Assembly: GCF_016903815.1 (NCBI RefSeq)
Contig: NZ_CP069973.1
Reading direction: 5' to 3' (one strand)
Origin: Escherichia coli
GTDB lineage: Bacteria; Pseudomonadota; Gammaproteobacteria; Enterobacterales; Enterobacteriaceae
DNA length: 64,000 bases
Shown here: one piece after another, positions 38,117-51,049 of the stretch
Layout: the number at the start of each line of letters is the position of its first letter
How positions within the stretch are numbered: position 1 is the stretch's first letter
Notes under the pieces: model-generated
What the model saw: the letters and a program-made list of their open reading frames with translations, nothing else
Told to the model about the DNA's origin: nothing
The model's database searches: none
Position numbers and translations under genes: made by a program

Positions 38117-38143
38117 AATCTCCCTTACACGGGCTTATTTTTT
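38117..38143. repeat. att core copy, int-proximal (attL in P2 convention)
   Basis: AATCTCCCTTACACGGGCTTATTTTTT is identical to 4926-4952. Confidence 0.92.
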
Positions 38144-38313
38144 GTGCATAAACCATAGAGACGGATTGATCCCAGGTGACCGTCTTCCATTGACCACATC
38201 GATAGAATCTCCCTTCATAGCACGATGCCTTTCACGTAACGGCATCGTGCTCGCACAGGTTCCGGCTAAGCACAACCAGAACGCGCATGTTTGACGCTTA
38301 CCAAAAAATATTC

Positions 38314-38631
38314 TCACTCTCCACATTTGAATGTCAGACGAGCGACGCCATGTAATCCTGCACCTTCTGTCTTCAGGTCAACTATCTGCATTTTTTTGCC
38401 CTGAGTAACACAGAAATGAGCTGCATCATTTTTTACTATATTTTCTGCACCAGATATTCTGCCCCTGGCTAAAGAAGCTTCGGCTTCGGTGTAGTATTGG
38501 TTATCGAGTTTACGCTGAATATTACTTTTATATGCAAGACCAAATTTACCGATACTTGTCTCATCATTATGTACAGCACACCCAGACATAAGAAAAACAC
38601 TAATTAATGATATAGCAGCTATCTTTTTCAT
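38314..38631 (-). CDS. yegR: Lipoprotein YegR
   Basis: 105 aa from 'MKKIAAISLISVFLMSGCAVHND...' (lipobox LMSG|C). K-12 synteny next to yegS. Confidence 0.85.
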   Translation of the reverse strand: MKKIAAISLISVFLMSGCAVHNDETSIGKFGLAYKSNIQRKLDNQYYTEAEASLARGRISGAENIVKNDAAHFCVTQGKKMQIVDLKTEGAGLHGVARLTFKCGE

Positions 38632-39045
38632 CTTACCTTCCCCCATTAAATACCAACGACACGCTCTGGTGTTAAAATATAATAATGGCATGATTATTAT
38701 AATTGAATAGGATTATAATAAATGTTCTGTACAACATTTCCTACATAAGTAGGAATTACAAACATGAAGCCCTGCCCAGGTATCCCCATGAGGGCTTTAA
38801 TATATTTAGAATAAGATAGTGAAGATGCCACTGTTTAGTTGAATATTAGGTATATGCTCTTTTTTGAAATTTACCGGTGGCTACCGTTAACATTCACTGT
38901 CCCCATTGCAAGCTCCTGGTGGTAACCACTGAATCCTCCATACTTGAACTGATTTTTTATCCTCCGACTTTCATCCTGTTCTGACTCCACCTTTTCTTTT
39001 CTGCTCTACACTATCTACAGACCAATCATAAAGGCACATACGATC

Positions 39046-39945
39046 ATGGCAGAATTTCCCGCCAGCTTACTGATTCTTAATGGCAAAAGTACTGACAATT
39101 TACCATTGCGCGAAGCAATTATGCTGTTGCGTGAGGAAGGAATGACGATCCATGTGCGGGTCACCTGGGAGAAAGGCGATGCCGCACGATATGTAGAGGA
39201 GGCCCGGAAGTTGGGCGTCGCAACGGTGATTGCCGGTGGTGGCGATGGCACCATTAATGAAGTTTCTACGGCGTTGATTCAGTGTGAGGGGGATGACATA
39301 CCCGCGCTAGGAATTTTGCCATTAGGAACCGCCAATGATTTTGCCACCAGTGTAAGGATTCCTGAGGCACTGGATAAGGCGCTGAAACTGGCAATTGCCG
39401 GTGACGCCATTGCGATAGATATGGCGCAGGTCAACAAACAAACCTGTTTTATTAATATGGCGACAGGCGGATTTGGGACGCGTATTACCACAGAAACGCC
39501 GGAAAAATTAAAAGCCGCGCTGGGTGGCGTCTCTTACATCATTCATGGCTTAATGCGCATGGATACTCTGCAACCGGACCGTTGTGAGATCCGCGGTGAA
39601 AACTTTCACTGGCAAGGTGACGCCCTGGTCATTGGTATTGGTAACGGGCGTCAGGCCGGTGGCGGTCAGCAATTGTGCCCGAACGCGTTAATTAACGATG
39701 GCTTGCTGCAACTGCGCATTTTTACCGGCGATGAAATTCTTCCGGCTCTCGTATCAACATTAAAATCTGACGAAGATAACCCGAATATTATCGAAGGCGC
39801 TTCGTCGTGGTTTGATATACAAGCCCCACACGAAATCACTTTTAATCTTGATGGCGAACCGTTGAGCGGACAAAACTTTCATATTGAAATACTTCCGGCG
39901 GCGTTGCGTTGTCGATTACCACCAGATTGCCCATTGTTGCGTTAA
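39046..39945 (+). CDS. yegS: Lipid kinase YegS (DAGK-like)
   Basis: 299 aa starting '[15 protein letters not shown]...', with '[10 protein letters not shown]'. Confidence 0.93.
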   Translation: MAEFPASLLILNGKSTDNLPLREAIMLLREEGMTIHVRVTWEKGDAARYVEEARKLGVATVIAGGGDGTINEVSTALIQCEGDDIPALGILPLGTANDFATSVRIPEALDKALKLAIAGDAIAIDMAQVNKQTCFINMATGGFGTRITTETPEKLKAALGGVSYIIHGLMRMDTLQPDRCEIRGENFHWQGDALVIGIGNGRQAGGGQQLCPNALINDGLLQLRIFTGDEILPALVSTLKSDEDNPNIIEGASSWFDIQAPHEITFNLDGEPLSGQNFHIEILPAALRCRLPPDCPLLR

Positions 39946-39983
39946 TCACACTATTCTCTCTTGAACCAGGGAGAATCCGTAAT

Positions 39984-40017
39984 GCCGGATGCGGTGTAAA
40001 AACTTTATCCGGCATAC
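39984..40017. repeat. REP element
   Basis: GCCGGATGCGGTGTAAAAACTTTATCCGGCATAC, a canonical REP-type imperfect palindrome. Confidence 0.6.
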
Positions 40018-40026
40018 AGAGCAATA

Positions 40027-40806
40027 CTACACCGTAATTAATTTCACCCGTGTCTTCTGCAATGCCAGTTTATCCACCTCTGACACGGCATCATCGGTAA
40101 TAATAATGTCAATTTTTTCGATTGGCAGTACCTGATTAAAACCGCGACGATTAAATTTCGATGAATCGAGAACGGCAATCACTTTATTTGCGGCTGTAAC
40201 CATCGCCCCGCTAATCGAATAACCTTCATTAAAGGTCGTAATACCATTAACCGCATCAATACCATCAGCACCGACAAACATTAAATCGGCATTAATATCC
40301 TGCAATGAACGCTCGGCAATGGAACCATGCATCGAGCGTGTTTTATGGCGGACGGTCCCACCACAGACGACCAGAGTAATGTCTTTATTTTCGGAAAGGG
40401 CAAATGCTGCCGGGAGACTGTTGGTAATCACCGTGATATTTTTGGCGGTCATTAATCCTTCGGCGATAAGCATTGTCGTACTTCCGCTGTCGAGAATAAC
40501 GGTCATCCCTTCGTGGATCATTTTGACTGCCGCCTGCGCTATTCTGTTTTTTGGCGCGCTGGCGAGCTGAAATCGCTCTTTAAACCCAACTTCCTGGGTC
40601 TCGGTTTCACTATTACCGGACATTATTTTCGCCGCACCGCCATGAAAGCGCGTAACCACGCCTTTTTGTTCGAGAAAGCGCAAATCGGCACGGATTGTCG
40701 CTTCCGAGGCAGCAAATACTCCCGCCAGATCCTGAACAAGCACGGTTCCCTGTTCATTCACTAATTGGATGATCTTATTCCTTCGCTCGAATGAATTCAT
40801 CGTCAT
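40027..40806 (-). CDS. gatR: DeoR-family repressor of the galactitol operon GatR (intact)
   Basis: 259 aa. N-terminal HTH 'RRNKIIQLVNEQGTVLVQDLAGVFAASEATIRADLRFLE' plus a sugar-binding DeoR C-domain. Uninterrupted here. Confidence 0.92.
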   Translation of the reverse strand: MTMNSFERRNKIIQLVNEQGTVLVQDLAGVFAASEATIRADLRFLEQKGVVTRFHGGAAKIMSGNSETETQEVGFKERFQLASAPKNRIAQAAVKMIHEGMTVILDSGSTTMLIAEGLMTAKNITVITNSLPAAFALSENKDITLVVCGGTVRHKTRSMHGSIAERSLQDINADLMFVGADGIDAVNGITTFNEGYSISGAMVTAANKVIAVLDSSKFNRRGFNQVLPIEKIDIIITDDAVSEVDKLALQKTRVKLITV

Positions 40807-40905
40807 TTACCCATATTCAATTGTGGCTAGTGTAAACGAAGGGGGACCATTGGTGAATGATCTGTTTTGCACAATACCGGGCCAGCATCACGCTGGCCCG
40901 CGGTT

Positions 40906-41946
40906 TCAGGGAATGAGCAACACTTTGCCCGGCATAGCATTACGAGCGATGTCACGCACCGCCTGGGCGAAGCTTTCAAAGCTTCCACGGTGAGCGATTA
41001 ATGGCTCCAGGCTTAACTTACGTTCTGTCAGCAACCGGCTCGCCGTTTCCCACTCCTGCCCCGGCCAAGGGCTGGAGTAGTTCATCCAGCTGCCGATAAC
41101 CGTCAGCTCTTTACGTAATATTTTGCCAAACGTTGTCGATGTTAAATGCAGATCCTGATGCAACGTGCCCACCAGCGCCAGCTGGGCATGAGGCCCGGCA
41201 ATCTCTACCGCCAGTTCGACGGTTTTCGGGACACCAGCCGTCTCGAGGATAAGCTGATTAAAGCGCAGCTCGCGTAAAACGCCCTGCATTTGCGGCGCGC
41301 TCATTTCAAGGCTGTTAAATGTTAGCATCGCCCCGAAAGATTTTGCCAGAGCCAGTTTTTCTGAGCTAATGTCGATAGCCGTCACACTCTTTGCTCCCAG
41401 CGCGACAGCGCACTGAATTGCCAGCAGGCCAATGGTTCCGGCACCAATAATAATAACGTTTTTATTCTCACAACCTTGCGCTAAATGAAAAGCATGCAGG
41501 CCAACGGTAATCGGCTCAATAAAAGCCCCATCCTCAATAGACATATCCGTGGGTAGAGCAAAGACATTTTTTCGCTTAACGACAATATATTCAGCAAATC
41601 CACCATCACGCCGCGAGCCAATAAAATCATATTTTGCGCACTGGGAATAAAACCCTTTCAAACACTCTGGACAAGTAAAACAGGGTAATAACGGCACACA
41701 GGCAACCGCATCGCCAGGGTGTAAATCATCAACACCGGATCCCACCGCATCAATATAGCCGCTAAATTCATGGCCTAACGTTATTGGATAATAATGTGCA
41801 CCATTTTTAAATATCCTGGGTAAATCGGAACCACATAAGCCCGAGCTGGCAATTTTTACCCGCACCTGATCCTGATGTTTAATTTCAGGAATGACGCTTT
41901 CTGCAATGCGCACGATACCATCAGTATCATTCACCACTGATTTCAT
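40906..41946 (-). CDS. gatD: Galactitol-1-phosphate 5-dehydrogenase
   Basis: 346 aa Zn-dependent MDR dehydrogenase ('GHEFSG', 'GAGTIGL'). Confidence 0.94.
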   Translation of the reverse strand: MKSVVNDTDGIVRIAESVIPEIKHQDQVRVKIASSGLCGSDLPRIFKNGAHYYPITLGHEFSGYIDAVGSGVDDLHPGDAVACVPLLPCFTCPECLKGFYSQCAKYDFIGSRRDGGFAEYIVVKRKNVFALPTDMSIEDGAFIEPITVGLHAFHLAQGCENKNVIIIGAGTIGLLAIQCAVALGAKSVTAIDISSEKLALAKSFGAMLTFNSLEMSAPQMQGVLRELRFNQLILETAGVPKTVELAVEIAGPHAQLALVGTLHQDLHLTSTTFGKILRKELTVIGSWMNYSSPWPGQEWETASRLLTERKLSLEPLIAHRGSFESFAQAVRDIARNAMPGKVLLIP

Positions 41947-41993
41947 AAAAACTCCTGATTGTTAAGGGGGATTACCTCCCCCTCAGGTAAAAA

Positions 41994-43349
41994 TTATTCT
42001 GCGAGAACGGCTTTCTCTTGTTTAATAAAACCACGCGCTCTACGCCAGGTCATGAAAATACCGGTCAGATAAATTGCGCCGATAATAATGAAACCGGGAA
42101 TATTTTGCGGGGAGAAAACCTGAATCAGTAACCAGGTAATGGGAGAACCGCCCTGATCCATTGAAGCCACCATACCTCCGGCTTTTAACGCCCCAGCATT
42201 GGCCGCCAGTTGGGTGTGCAAACCAATAGTTTGCGTCGCGATCCACAGGGTGATGCTCATAATGATGACACCCGAGATTAAGGTGCGGAACAGATTTCCA
42301 CGATGCACGGCGACCGCCATCGCCACGAAGAAGCCGATAGTTGCAAGATCGCCAAACGGCAGCACCTGATTACCCGGCACACAAACAGCAATTAAAATGG
42401 TGAGTGGAATAAAAATCAGGCTTGCCGATACCACCGCCGTATGCCCCAGCAGCAACGCCGGATCAAGGCCAATCAGGAACTCCTGACCGCCGAACTTCGC
42501 CTGTAAACGACTACGGGCCTGCTTAGCGATGGGCGTTAAACCATCCATGATGGGTTTAATCACCCGTGGCATCAGCAGCATAACTGCCGCCGTTTTTACC
42601 GCCAGCTGCAATACACCTTTGACATCGTAACCCGCGAGGATGCCGATAATTAGCCCCATCACAAAACCCACGGTGACAGGCTCGCCAAATGGGCCAAATT
42701 TGCGCTGAATATCGTCGGCGCTAAATTTAATACGGTTAACGCCTGGGATTTTCTCGATGATAGCATCCACCAGCACCGCAATTGGCCCCAGATACGCCGA
42801 CGTACCGTGCGGAATGGCAATGCCTTCCAGCTCAAAGAAATTTCGGGTATCGCGGGCAAACCAGTCGCCGAGCTTATAAACAAACGCCGCGTGAATTACC
42901 ACACCCGCCATCCCTATCATCCATGAACCGGTTGCCAGATGCAGCAATGCGCCGGTGAAGGTCATATGCCAGATATTCCAGATATCAACATTTACCACCC
43001 GCGTCATACGGGTCAGTAGCATCGCCACGTTAACCAGAATCGCAATCGGAATCGCCACCAGCGCAATTTGCGACGCCCAGGTCATTGGTGAAGAGCCCGG
43101 CCAACCGACATCGACCACATGCAGATTCAGGTCGAAATTTTCCGCCATCGCTTTCGCCGCCGGGCCAATGGAATCCAGCATTAAGCCAATCACAAGGCCA
43201 ATGCCAACAAAGCCAATCCCGATATGCAGACCCGCTTTAAAGCAATCGCCTGCCTTCATGCCTAATATTTTAGAAAAAATAATGATGACAATCGGCAGCA
43301 TCACCGTAGGGCCGAGGTCGAGAATATAACGCATGACTTCTGAAAACAT
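41994..43349 (-). CDS. gatC: Galactitol PTS EIIC
   Basis: 451 aa polytopic membrane protein. gat synteny. Confidence 0.94.
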   Translation of the reverse strand: MFSEVMRYILDLGPTVMLPIVIIIFSKILGMKAGDCFKAGLHIGIGFVGIGLVIGLMLDSIGPAAKAMAENFDLNLHVVDVGWPGSSPMTWASQIALVAIPIAILVNVAMLLTRMTRVVNVDIWNIWHMTFTGALLHLATGSWMIGMAGVVIHAAFVYKLGDWFARDTRNFFELEGIAIPHGTSAYLGPIAVLVDAIIEKIPGVNRIKFSADDIQRKFGPFGEPVTVGFVMGLIIGILAGYDVKGVLQLAVKTAAVMLLMPRVIKPIMDGLTPIAKQARSRLQAKFGGQEFLIGLDPALLLGHTAVVSASLIFIPLTILIAVCVPGNQVLPFGDLATIGFFVAMAVAVHRGNLFRTLISGVIIMSITLWIATQTIGLHTQLAANAGALKAGGMVASMDQGGSPITWLLIQVFSPQNIPGFIIIGAIYLTGIFMTWRRARGFIKQEKAVLAE

Positions 43350-43352
43350 AGG

Positions 43353-43637
43353 TCACCCCTGTAAGATAGTCAGAATTTTATTTTGTAATGCTTCGATACC
43401 GACACCAGAAACAAAAGGCATGCCGTGAACTAACGGAATATCGCCAAAACTACGGTCAACTTTGGCGGTAGTACATATCAAATGCACGCCATCCATATAG
43501 GTTTCTATTTCATTAACCCGACACTGGATTAATTCAACAGGAATATTATGACTCTGACACAACTCTTTAATTTCTTCCGCCGCCATCGTGGAGGTCGCAA
43601 CCGCGCCTCCGCAAGCGACAATAATCTTGCGTTTCAT
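43353..43637 (-). CDS. gatB: Galactitol PTS EIIB
   Basis: 94 aa starting '[17 protein letters not shown]' (active-site Cys loop). Confidence 0.93.
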   Translation of the reverse strand: MKRKIIVACGGAVATSTMAAEEIKELCQSHNIPVELIQCRVNEIETYMDGVHLICTTAKVDRSFGDIPLVHGMPFVSGVGIEALQNKILTILQG

Positions 43638-43667
43638 AAATAGTCCTTTTTATTGTTACAGAGGGAT

Positions 43668-44120
43668 TTATTCGTCTGAATCTAAAACATACTTTGTGAA
43701 GTATTCCTTTAACTGGGTTTCAGGAAGAGTGATTAGTGTCTCGACGATCTCGGGCTGTTGTAACTTGCCAAATAAACAGCGTAAAAGTTTCAATTGCTGC
43801 TGCGGATTTTCCACAATTAACGCAATAACCAACGATACCGCCACGTCGTTATCATCATCCGCTTGCTGAAAATGAACTTTATTTGTTGGCCTTAACAGAT
43901 AAATGGCTGACGACTTAGCATGAATCGCCTCACAATGCGGTATTGCAATGGCGTGCTGCTCAAGCATTATCCCGGTAGGGAATTCTGCTTCTCTGGCAAT
44001 TAATGCCTGTGGCCAGGTATCATGAACCACACCTTTCGCGAGCATCTCATTACCGATATGGGTTAAAACTTCGCTACGATCGACAAAAGAAATTCCGCTA
44101 CGAACAAACAGGTTAGTCAT
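43668..44120 (-). CDS. gatA: Galactitol PTS EIIA
   Basis: 150 aa. gat synteny. Confidence 0.93.
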   Translation of the reverse strand: MTNLFVRSGISFVDRSEVLTHIGNEMLAKGVVHDTWPQALIAREAEFPTGIMLEQHAIAIPHCEAIHAKSSAIYLLRPTNKVHFQQADDDNDVAVSLVIALIVENPQQQLKLLRCLFGKLQQPEIVETLITLPETQLKEYFTKYVLDSDE

Positions 44121-44129
44121 ATACCGTCC

Positions 44130-46324
<2,195 letters not shown>

Positions 46325-46386
46325 TTAAATGTCGAGATAACGATCACAAAAACGACAATATGAAAATTGTTCGAGGAGTGAAAGGC

Positions 46387-46415
46387 AAAAAAACGGCCTC
46401 CCGATAGGGAAGCCG
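46387..46415 (-). terminator. Intrinsic terminator of fbaB
   Basis: On the minus strand: CGGCTTCCCTATCGGGAGGCCG hairpin followed by TTTTTTT. Confidence 0.75.
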
Positions 46416-46437
46416 TAGCAAAGTGCGCGTTATTTTA

Positions 46438-46472
46438 TGCCGGATGCAGTGTAAACGCCTTATCCGTCATAC
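46438..46472. repeat. REP element
   Basis: GCCGGATGCAGTGTAAACGCCTTATCCGTCATACG. Confidence 0.55.
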
Positions 46473-46499
46473 GTGGCAGTGCTGGTCGTACAAAGCACA

Positions 46500-47552
46500 T
46501 CAGGCGATAGTAATTTTGCTATCGAGATAAACGTCCTGCACGGCGTTAATCAGTTTCACGCCGTCAGCCATCGATTTCTTGAACGCCTTACGTCCAAGAA
46601 TCAGCCCCATTCCGCCAGCGCGTTTGTTGATGACCGCAGTACGCACTGCATCGCTGAGGTCAGTTTCACCGCCTGCAGCACCGCCGGAGTTTATCAACCC
46701 TGCCCGGCCCATATAGCAGTTAGCTAACTGATAACGCACCAGATCAATCGGGTTTTCGCTGGTTAACTTGCTGTACACGCGATCGTCGGTATAACCGTAA
46801 TTAATCGCTTTATAGCCGCCGTTATTTTCCGCCATTTTTTGTTTAACGATATCTGCACCTATGGTCGCCGCCAGATGGTTTGCCTGACCGGTCAGGTCGG
46901 CGGAAACATGGTAATCAACGCCATCTTTCTTAAAGGCGGAGTTACGCAAATAGGCCCACAGCACTGTCACCATGCCCAGCTCGTGCGCACGTTCAAAAGC
47001 CGCAGAAATTTCTTCAATCTGGCGACGTGACTCTTCCGAACCAAAATAGATAGTCGCACCAACCGCCACCGCGCCCATGTTGAAGGCCTGCTCCACGCTG
47101 GCATACAGCGTTTGATCGTAGGTATTCGGGTAACTTAGCGTCTCGTTGTGATTAAGTTTGACGAGGAATGGAATGCGATGCGCGTAACGCCGCGATACCG
47201 ATGCCAGCACACCGTAAGTTGACGCCACACAGTTACAGCCCGCTTCGATCGCCAGTTCAACAATGTTTTTCGGGTCAAAGTAGAGCGGGTTAGCGGCAAA
47301 TGAAGCTCCGGCAGAGTGCTCAACGCCCTGGTCAACCGGCAGAATAGAAAGATATCCTGTGCCAGCCAGACGCCCAGTGTTGTACAACGTCTGCATATTA
47401 CGTAACACCGCTGGCGGGCGATTATTGTCAATCATCACGCGGTCTACGTAGTCATGCCCGGGGAGATAAAGCTGGTCAGAAGGAATAGTCATACAACGGT
47501 GCTGTAAAAGGTTGTCGGCGTCTTTGCCAAGCAACTGCGCAATATCTGTCAT
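46500..47552 (-). CDS. fbaB: Class I fructose-bisphosphate aldolase FbaB
   Basis: 350 aa from '[32 protein letters not shown]...'. I reject the 24-codon upstream extension in the track ORF. Confidence 0.92.
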
Positions 47553-47808
47553 TACTATGCTCCCGTAAATTCCGATTGGATATCGGCTATGGATTGTCCT
47601 GGCCCGCCTTTTGCGGGCAATCATAATCCTGGTCGTTACAGGCGAGTTTTTCCATCTTTTGGATGTTTTTTCAGCGTTTTCTGTTGGCTCGATTCATCAG
47701 AAAAAATGTTACCGCGGTCAAGTTTTCACCGCAAAGGTATTTAAAAGGTATTATTAAATGGTATTGTCATCGCGTACCTTACATTACCTGTCATGAAGGA
47801 ATTAAAAG

Positions 47809-49086
47809 ATGAAAACAACAGCAAAGCTGTCGTTCATGATGTTTGTTGAATGGTTTATCTGGGGCGCGTGGTTTGTGCCATTGTGGTTGTGGTTAAGTAA
47901 AAGCGGTTTTAGTGCCGGAGAAATTGGCTGGTCGTATGCCTGTACCGCCATTGCGGCGATCCTGTCGCCAATTCTGGTTGGCTCCATCACTGACCGCTTT
48001 TTCTCGGCGCAGAAAGTGCTGGCGGTATTGATGTTCGCTGGTGCGGCGCTGATGTATTTCGCTGCGCAACAGACCACTTTTGCCGGGTTCTTCCCGTTAC
48101 TGCTGGCCTACTCGCTAACCTATATGCCGACCATTGCGCTGACTAACAGTATCGCTTTTGCCAACGTGCCGGATGTGGAGCGTGATTTCCCACGCATTCG
48201 TGTGATGGGCACTATCGGCTGGATTGCCTCCGGTCTGGCATGTGGATTTTTGCCGCAAATGCTGGGTTATGCCGATATCTCTCCGACTAACATCCCGCTA
48301 CTGATTACCGCCGGAAGTTCTGCTCTGCTCGGTGTGTTTGCGTTTTTCCTGCCCGACACGCCGCCAAAAAGCACCGGCAAAATGGACATTAAAGTCATGC
48401 TCGGCCTGGATGCGCTGATCCTGCTGCGCGATAAAAACTTCCTCGTCTTTTTCTTCTGTTCATTCCTGTTTGCGATGCCACTGGCGTTCTATTACATCTT
48501 TGCCAACGGTTATCTGACAGAAGTCGGCATGAAAAACGCCACCGGCTGGATGACGCTCGGCCAGTTCTCTGAAATCTTCTTTATGCTGGCATTGCCGTTT
48601 TTTACCAAACGCTTTGGTATCAAAAAGGTATTATTACTTGGTCTGGTCACCGCTGCGATCCGCTATGGCTTCTTTATTTACGGTAGTGCGGATGAATATT
48701 TCACCTACGCGTTACTGTTCCTCGGCATTTTGCTGCATGGAGTAAGTTACGATTTTTACTACGTTACCGCTTACATCTATGTCGATAAAAAAGCCCCCGT
48801 GCATATGCGTACCGCTGCGCAGGGGCTGATCACGCTCTGCTGCCAGGGCTTCGGCAGTTTGCTCGGCTATCGTCTTGGCGGTGTGATGATGGAAAAGATG
48901 TTCGCTTATCAGGAACCGGTAAACGGACTGACTTTCAACTGGTCCGGGATGTGGACTTTCGGCGCGGTGATGATTGCCATTATCGCCGTGCTGTTCATGA
49001 TTTTTTTCCGCGAATCCGACAACGAAATTACGGCTATCAAGGTCGATGATCGCGATATTGCGTTGACACAAGGGGAAGTTAAATGA
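47809..49086 (+). CDS. yegT: MFS nucleoside-type transporter YegT
   Basis: 425 aa, 12-TM-like. NupG/XapB family by recall. Confidence 0.9.
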   Translation: MKTTAKLSFMMFVEWFIWGAWFVPLWLWLSKSGFSAGEIGWSYACTAIAAILSPILVGSITDRFFSAQKVLAVLMFAGAALMYFAAQQTTFAGFFPLLLAYSLTYMPTIALTNSIAFANVPDVERDFPRIRVMGTIGWIASGLACGFLPQMLGYADISPTNIPLLITAGSSALLGVFAFFLPDTPPKSTGKMDIKVMLGLDALILLRDKNFLVFFFCSFLFAMPLAFYYIFANGYLTEVGMKNATGWMTLGQFSEIFFMLALPFFTKRFGIKKVLLLGLVTAAIRYGFFIYGSADEYFTYALLFLGILLHGVSYDFYYVTAYIYVDKKAPVHMRTAAQGLITLCCQGFGSLLGYRLGGVMMEKMFAYQEPVNGLTFNWSGMWTFGAVMIAIIAVLFMIFFRESDNEITAIKVDDRDIALTQGEVK

Positions 49087-50087
49087 AAACAGAACGTATT
49101 CTCGGTGCTCTTTATGGGCAGGCGTTAGGGGATGCGATGGGGATGCCCTCCGAGCTTTGGCCACGCAGCCGCGTTAAAGCACACTTTGGCTGGATTGACC
49201 GTTTTCTGCCTGGACCAAAGGAGAATAACGCGGCCTGTTATTTTAACCGCGCCGAATTCACCGACGATACCTCGATGGCGCTGTGTCTGGCGGATGCGTT
49301 ACTGGAACGTAAAGGCAAGATCGATCCGGATCTGATTGGGCGTAATATTCTCGACTGGGCGCTGCGTTTCGACGCCTTTAACAAAAACGTACTAGGTCCG
49401 ACCTCGAAGATTGCTCTCAACGCCATTCGCGACGGTAAACCCGTTGCTGAACTGGAAAACAACGGCGTGACCAACGGCGCAGCGATGCGCGTCTCGCCAT
49501 TAGGTTGTTTGCTTCCGGCGCGTGATGTTGATTCCTTTATTGATGATGTGGCGCTGGCGTCCAGCCCGACCCATAAATCCGATCTGGCGGTTGCAGGTGC
49601 GGTAGTCATCGCATGGGCGATTTCCCGTGCCATTGACGGAGAAAGCTGGTCAGCGATTGTTGATTCACTACCCTCGATTGCGCGACATGCACAGCAAAAA
49701 CGCATCACCACCTTCAGCGCCTCACTGGCGGCGCGCCTGGAGATTGCGCTGAAAATTGTGCGCAATGCCGACGGCACTGAATCCGCCAGCGAACAGCTTT
49801 ACCAGGTCGTTGGCGCAGGTACCAGCACTATTGAGTCCGTTCCGTGCGCCATTGCGCTGGTTGAACTGGCACAAACCGACCCGAACCGTTGCGCCGTCCT
49901 CTGCGCTAACCTTGGCGGCGATACAGACACCATCGGTGCTATGGCGACGGCAATCTGCGGCGCGTTGCATGGCATTAACGCTATCGATCCTGCGTTAAAG
50001 GTGGAGCTGGATGCGGTAAATCAGCTTGATTTCAACCGCTATGCCACAGCGCTGGCGAAATATCGTCAACAACGGGAGGCGGTATGA
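49083..50087 (+). CDS. yegU: ADP-ribosylglycohydrolase-family protein YegU
   Basis: 334 aa with 'GALYGQALGDAMGMPSE' (the family N-terminal motif). ATGA overlap with yegT. Confidence 0.9.
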   Translation: MKTERILGALYGQALGDAMGMPSELWPRSRVKAHFGWIDRFLPGPKENNAACYFNRAEFTDDTSMALCLADALLERKGKIDPDLIGRNILDWALRFDAFNKNVLGPTSKIALNAIRDGKPVAELENNGVTNGAAMRVSPLGCLLPARDVDSFIDDVALASSPTHKSDLAVAGAVVIAWAISRAIDGESWSAIVDSLPSIARHAQQKRITTFSASLAARLEIALKIVRNADGTESASEQLYQVVGAGTSTIESVPCAIALVELAQTDPNRCAVLCANLGGDTDTIGAMATAICGALHGINAIDPALKVELDAVNQLDFNRYATALAKYRQQREAV

Positions 50088-51049
50088 GCGGCGCTCGATT
50101 ACACACGCTGCTGCCTGAATTAACCACGCGTCAGTCGGTGATGGTCGTCGGCGCGGCGGTCATTGACGTGATCGCCGACGCTTATGCCCTCCCCTGGCGT
50201 GGGTGCGATATCGAACTGAAACAGCAGAGCGTTAACGTTGGCGGCTGCGCACTGAATATTGCCGTGGCGTTAAAGCGCCTCGGCATCGAAGCGGGTAACG
50301 CCTTGCCGCTCGGTCAGGGCGTGTGGGCGGAGATTATTCGCAACCGGATGGCAAAAGAGGGCTTAATCAGCCTGATCGATAACGCCGAAGGTGATAACGG
50401 CTGGTGTCTGGCGCTGGTTGAGCCGGATGGCGAACGCACTTTTATGTCATTCAGCGGTGTGGAAAATCAGTGGAATCGCCAGTGGCTGGCGCGATTAACC
50501 GTTGCGCCTGGCAGCCTGCTCTATTTTTCCGGTTATCAACTGGCCTCGCCCTGCGGCGAATTATTAGTGGAATGGCTGGAAAAGCTGCAAGACGTGACGC
50601 CGTTTATCGATTTTGGCCCACGTATTGGCGATATCCCGGATGCATTGCTGGCGCGGATCATGGCCTGTCGACCTTTAGTGTCACTCAATCGTCAGGAGGC
50701 TGAGATTGCCGCCGAACGTTTTGCTTTATCCGCAGAGATAACAACACTTGGCAAGCAATGGCAGGAGAAATTTGCCGCGCCGTTGATCATTCGTCTCGAT
50801 AAAGAGGGCGCATGGTATTTCAGCAACGACGCTTCTGGCTGCATTCCGGCATTTCCAACGCAAGTAGTAGACACCATTGGGGCGGGCGACAGTCATGCAG
50901 GTGGCGTACTTGCCGGGCTAGCCTCTGGTCTGCCACTGGCGGATGCCGTATTACTGGGCAATGCAGTGGCGTCGTGGGTTGTCGGGCATCGGGGCGGTGA
51001 TTGTGCGCCAACGCGCGAGGAACTACTCCTCGCACACAAAAACGTATAG
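50084..51049 (+). CDS. yegV: PfkB-family sugar/nucleoside kinase YegV
   Basis: 321 aa with the C-terminal 'DTIGAGDSHAGG' PfkB signature. ATGA overlap with yegU. Confidence 0.9.
   Translation: MSGARLHTLLPELTTRQSVMVVGAAVIDVIADAYALPWRGCDIELKQQSVNVGGCALNIAVALKRLGIEAGNALPLGQGVWAEIIRNRMAKEGLISLIDNAEGDNGWCLALVEPDGERTFMSFSGVENQWNRQWLARLTVAPGSLLYFSGYQLASPCGELLVEWLEKLQDVTPFIDFGPRIGDIPDALLARIMACRPLVSLNRQEAEIAAERFALSAEITTLGKQWQEKFAAPLIIRLDKEGAWYFSNDASGCIPAFPTQVVDTIGAGDSHAGGVLAGLASGLPLADAVLLGNAVASWVVGHRGGDCAPTREELLLAHKNV

Larger units (their letters stand above)
4926..38143 (-). mobile_element. Complete P2-family temperate prophage (~33.2 kb) integrated in the 3' end of cyaR
   Basis: Bounded by identical 27-bp direct repeats (4926-4952 and 38117-38143). 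Contains a full P2 gene set in P2 order, a cos site, an integrase and an immunity switch. Confidence 0.96.

Noticed and set aside
38135-38326. 63-aa minus-strand ORF in the att flank upstream of yegR
   Set aside because: It overlaps the att core and the degenerate arm remnant, has no SD and is not a recognisable protein.
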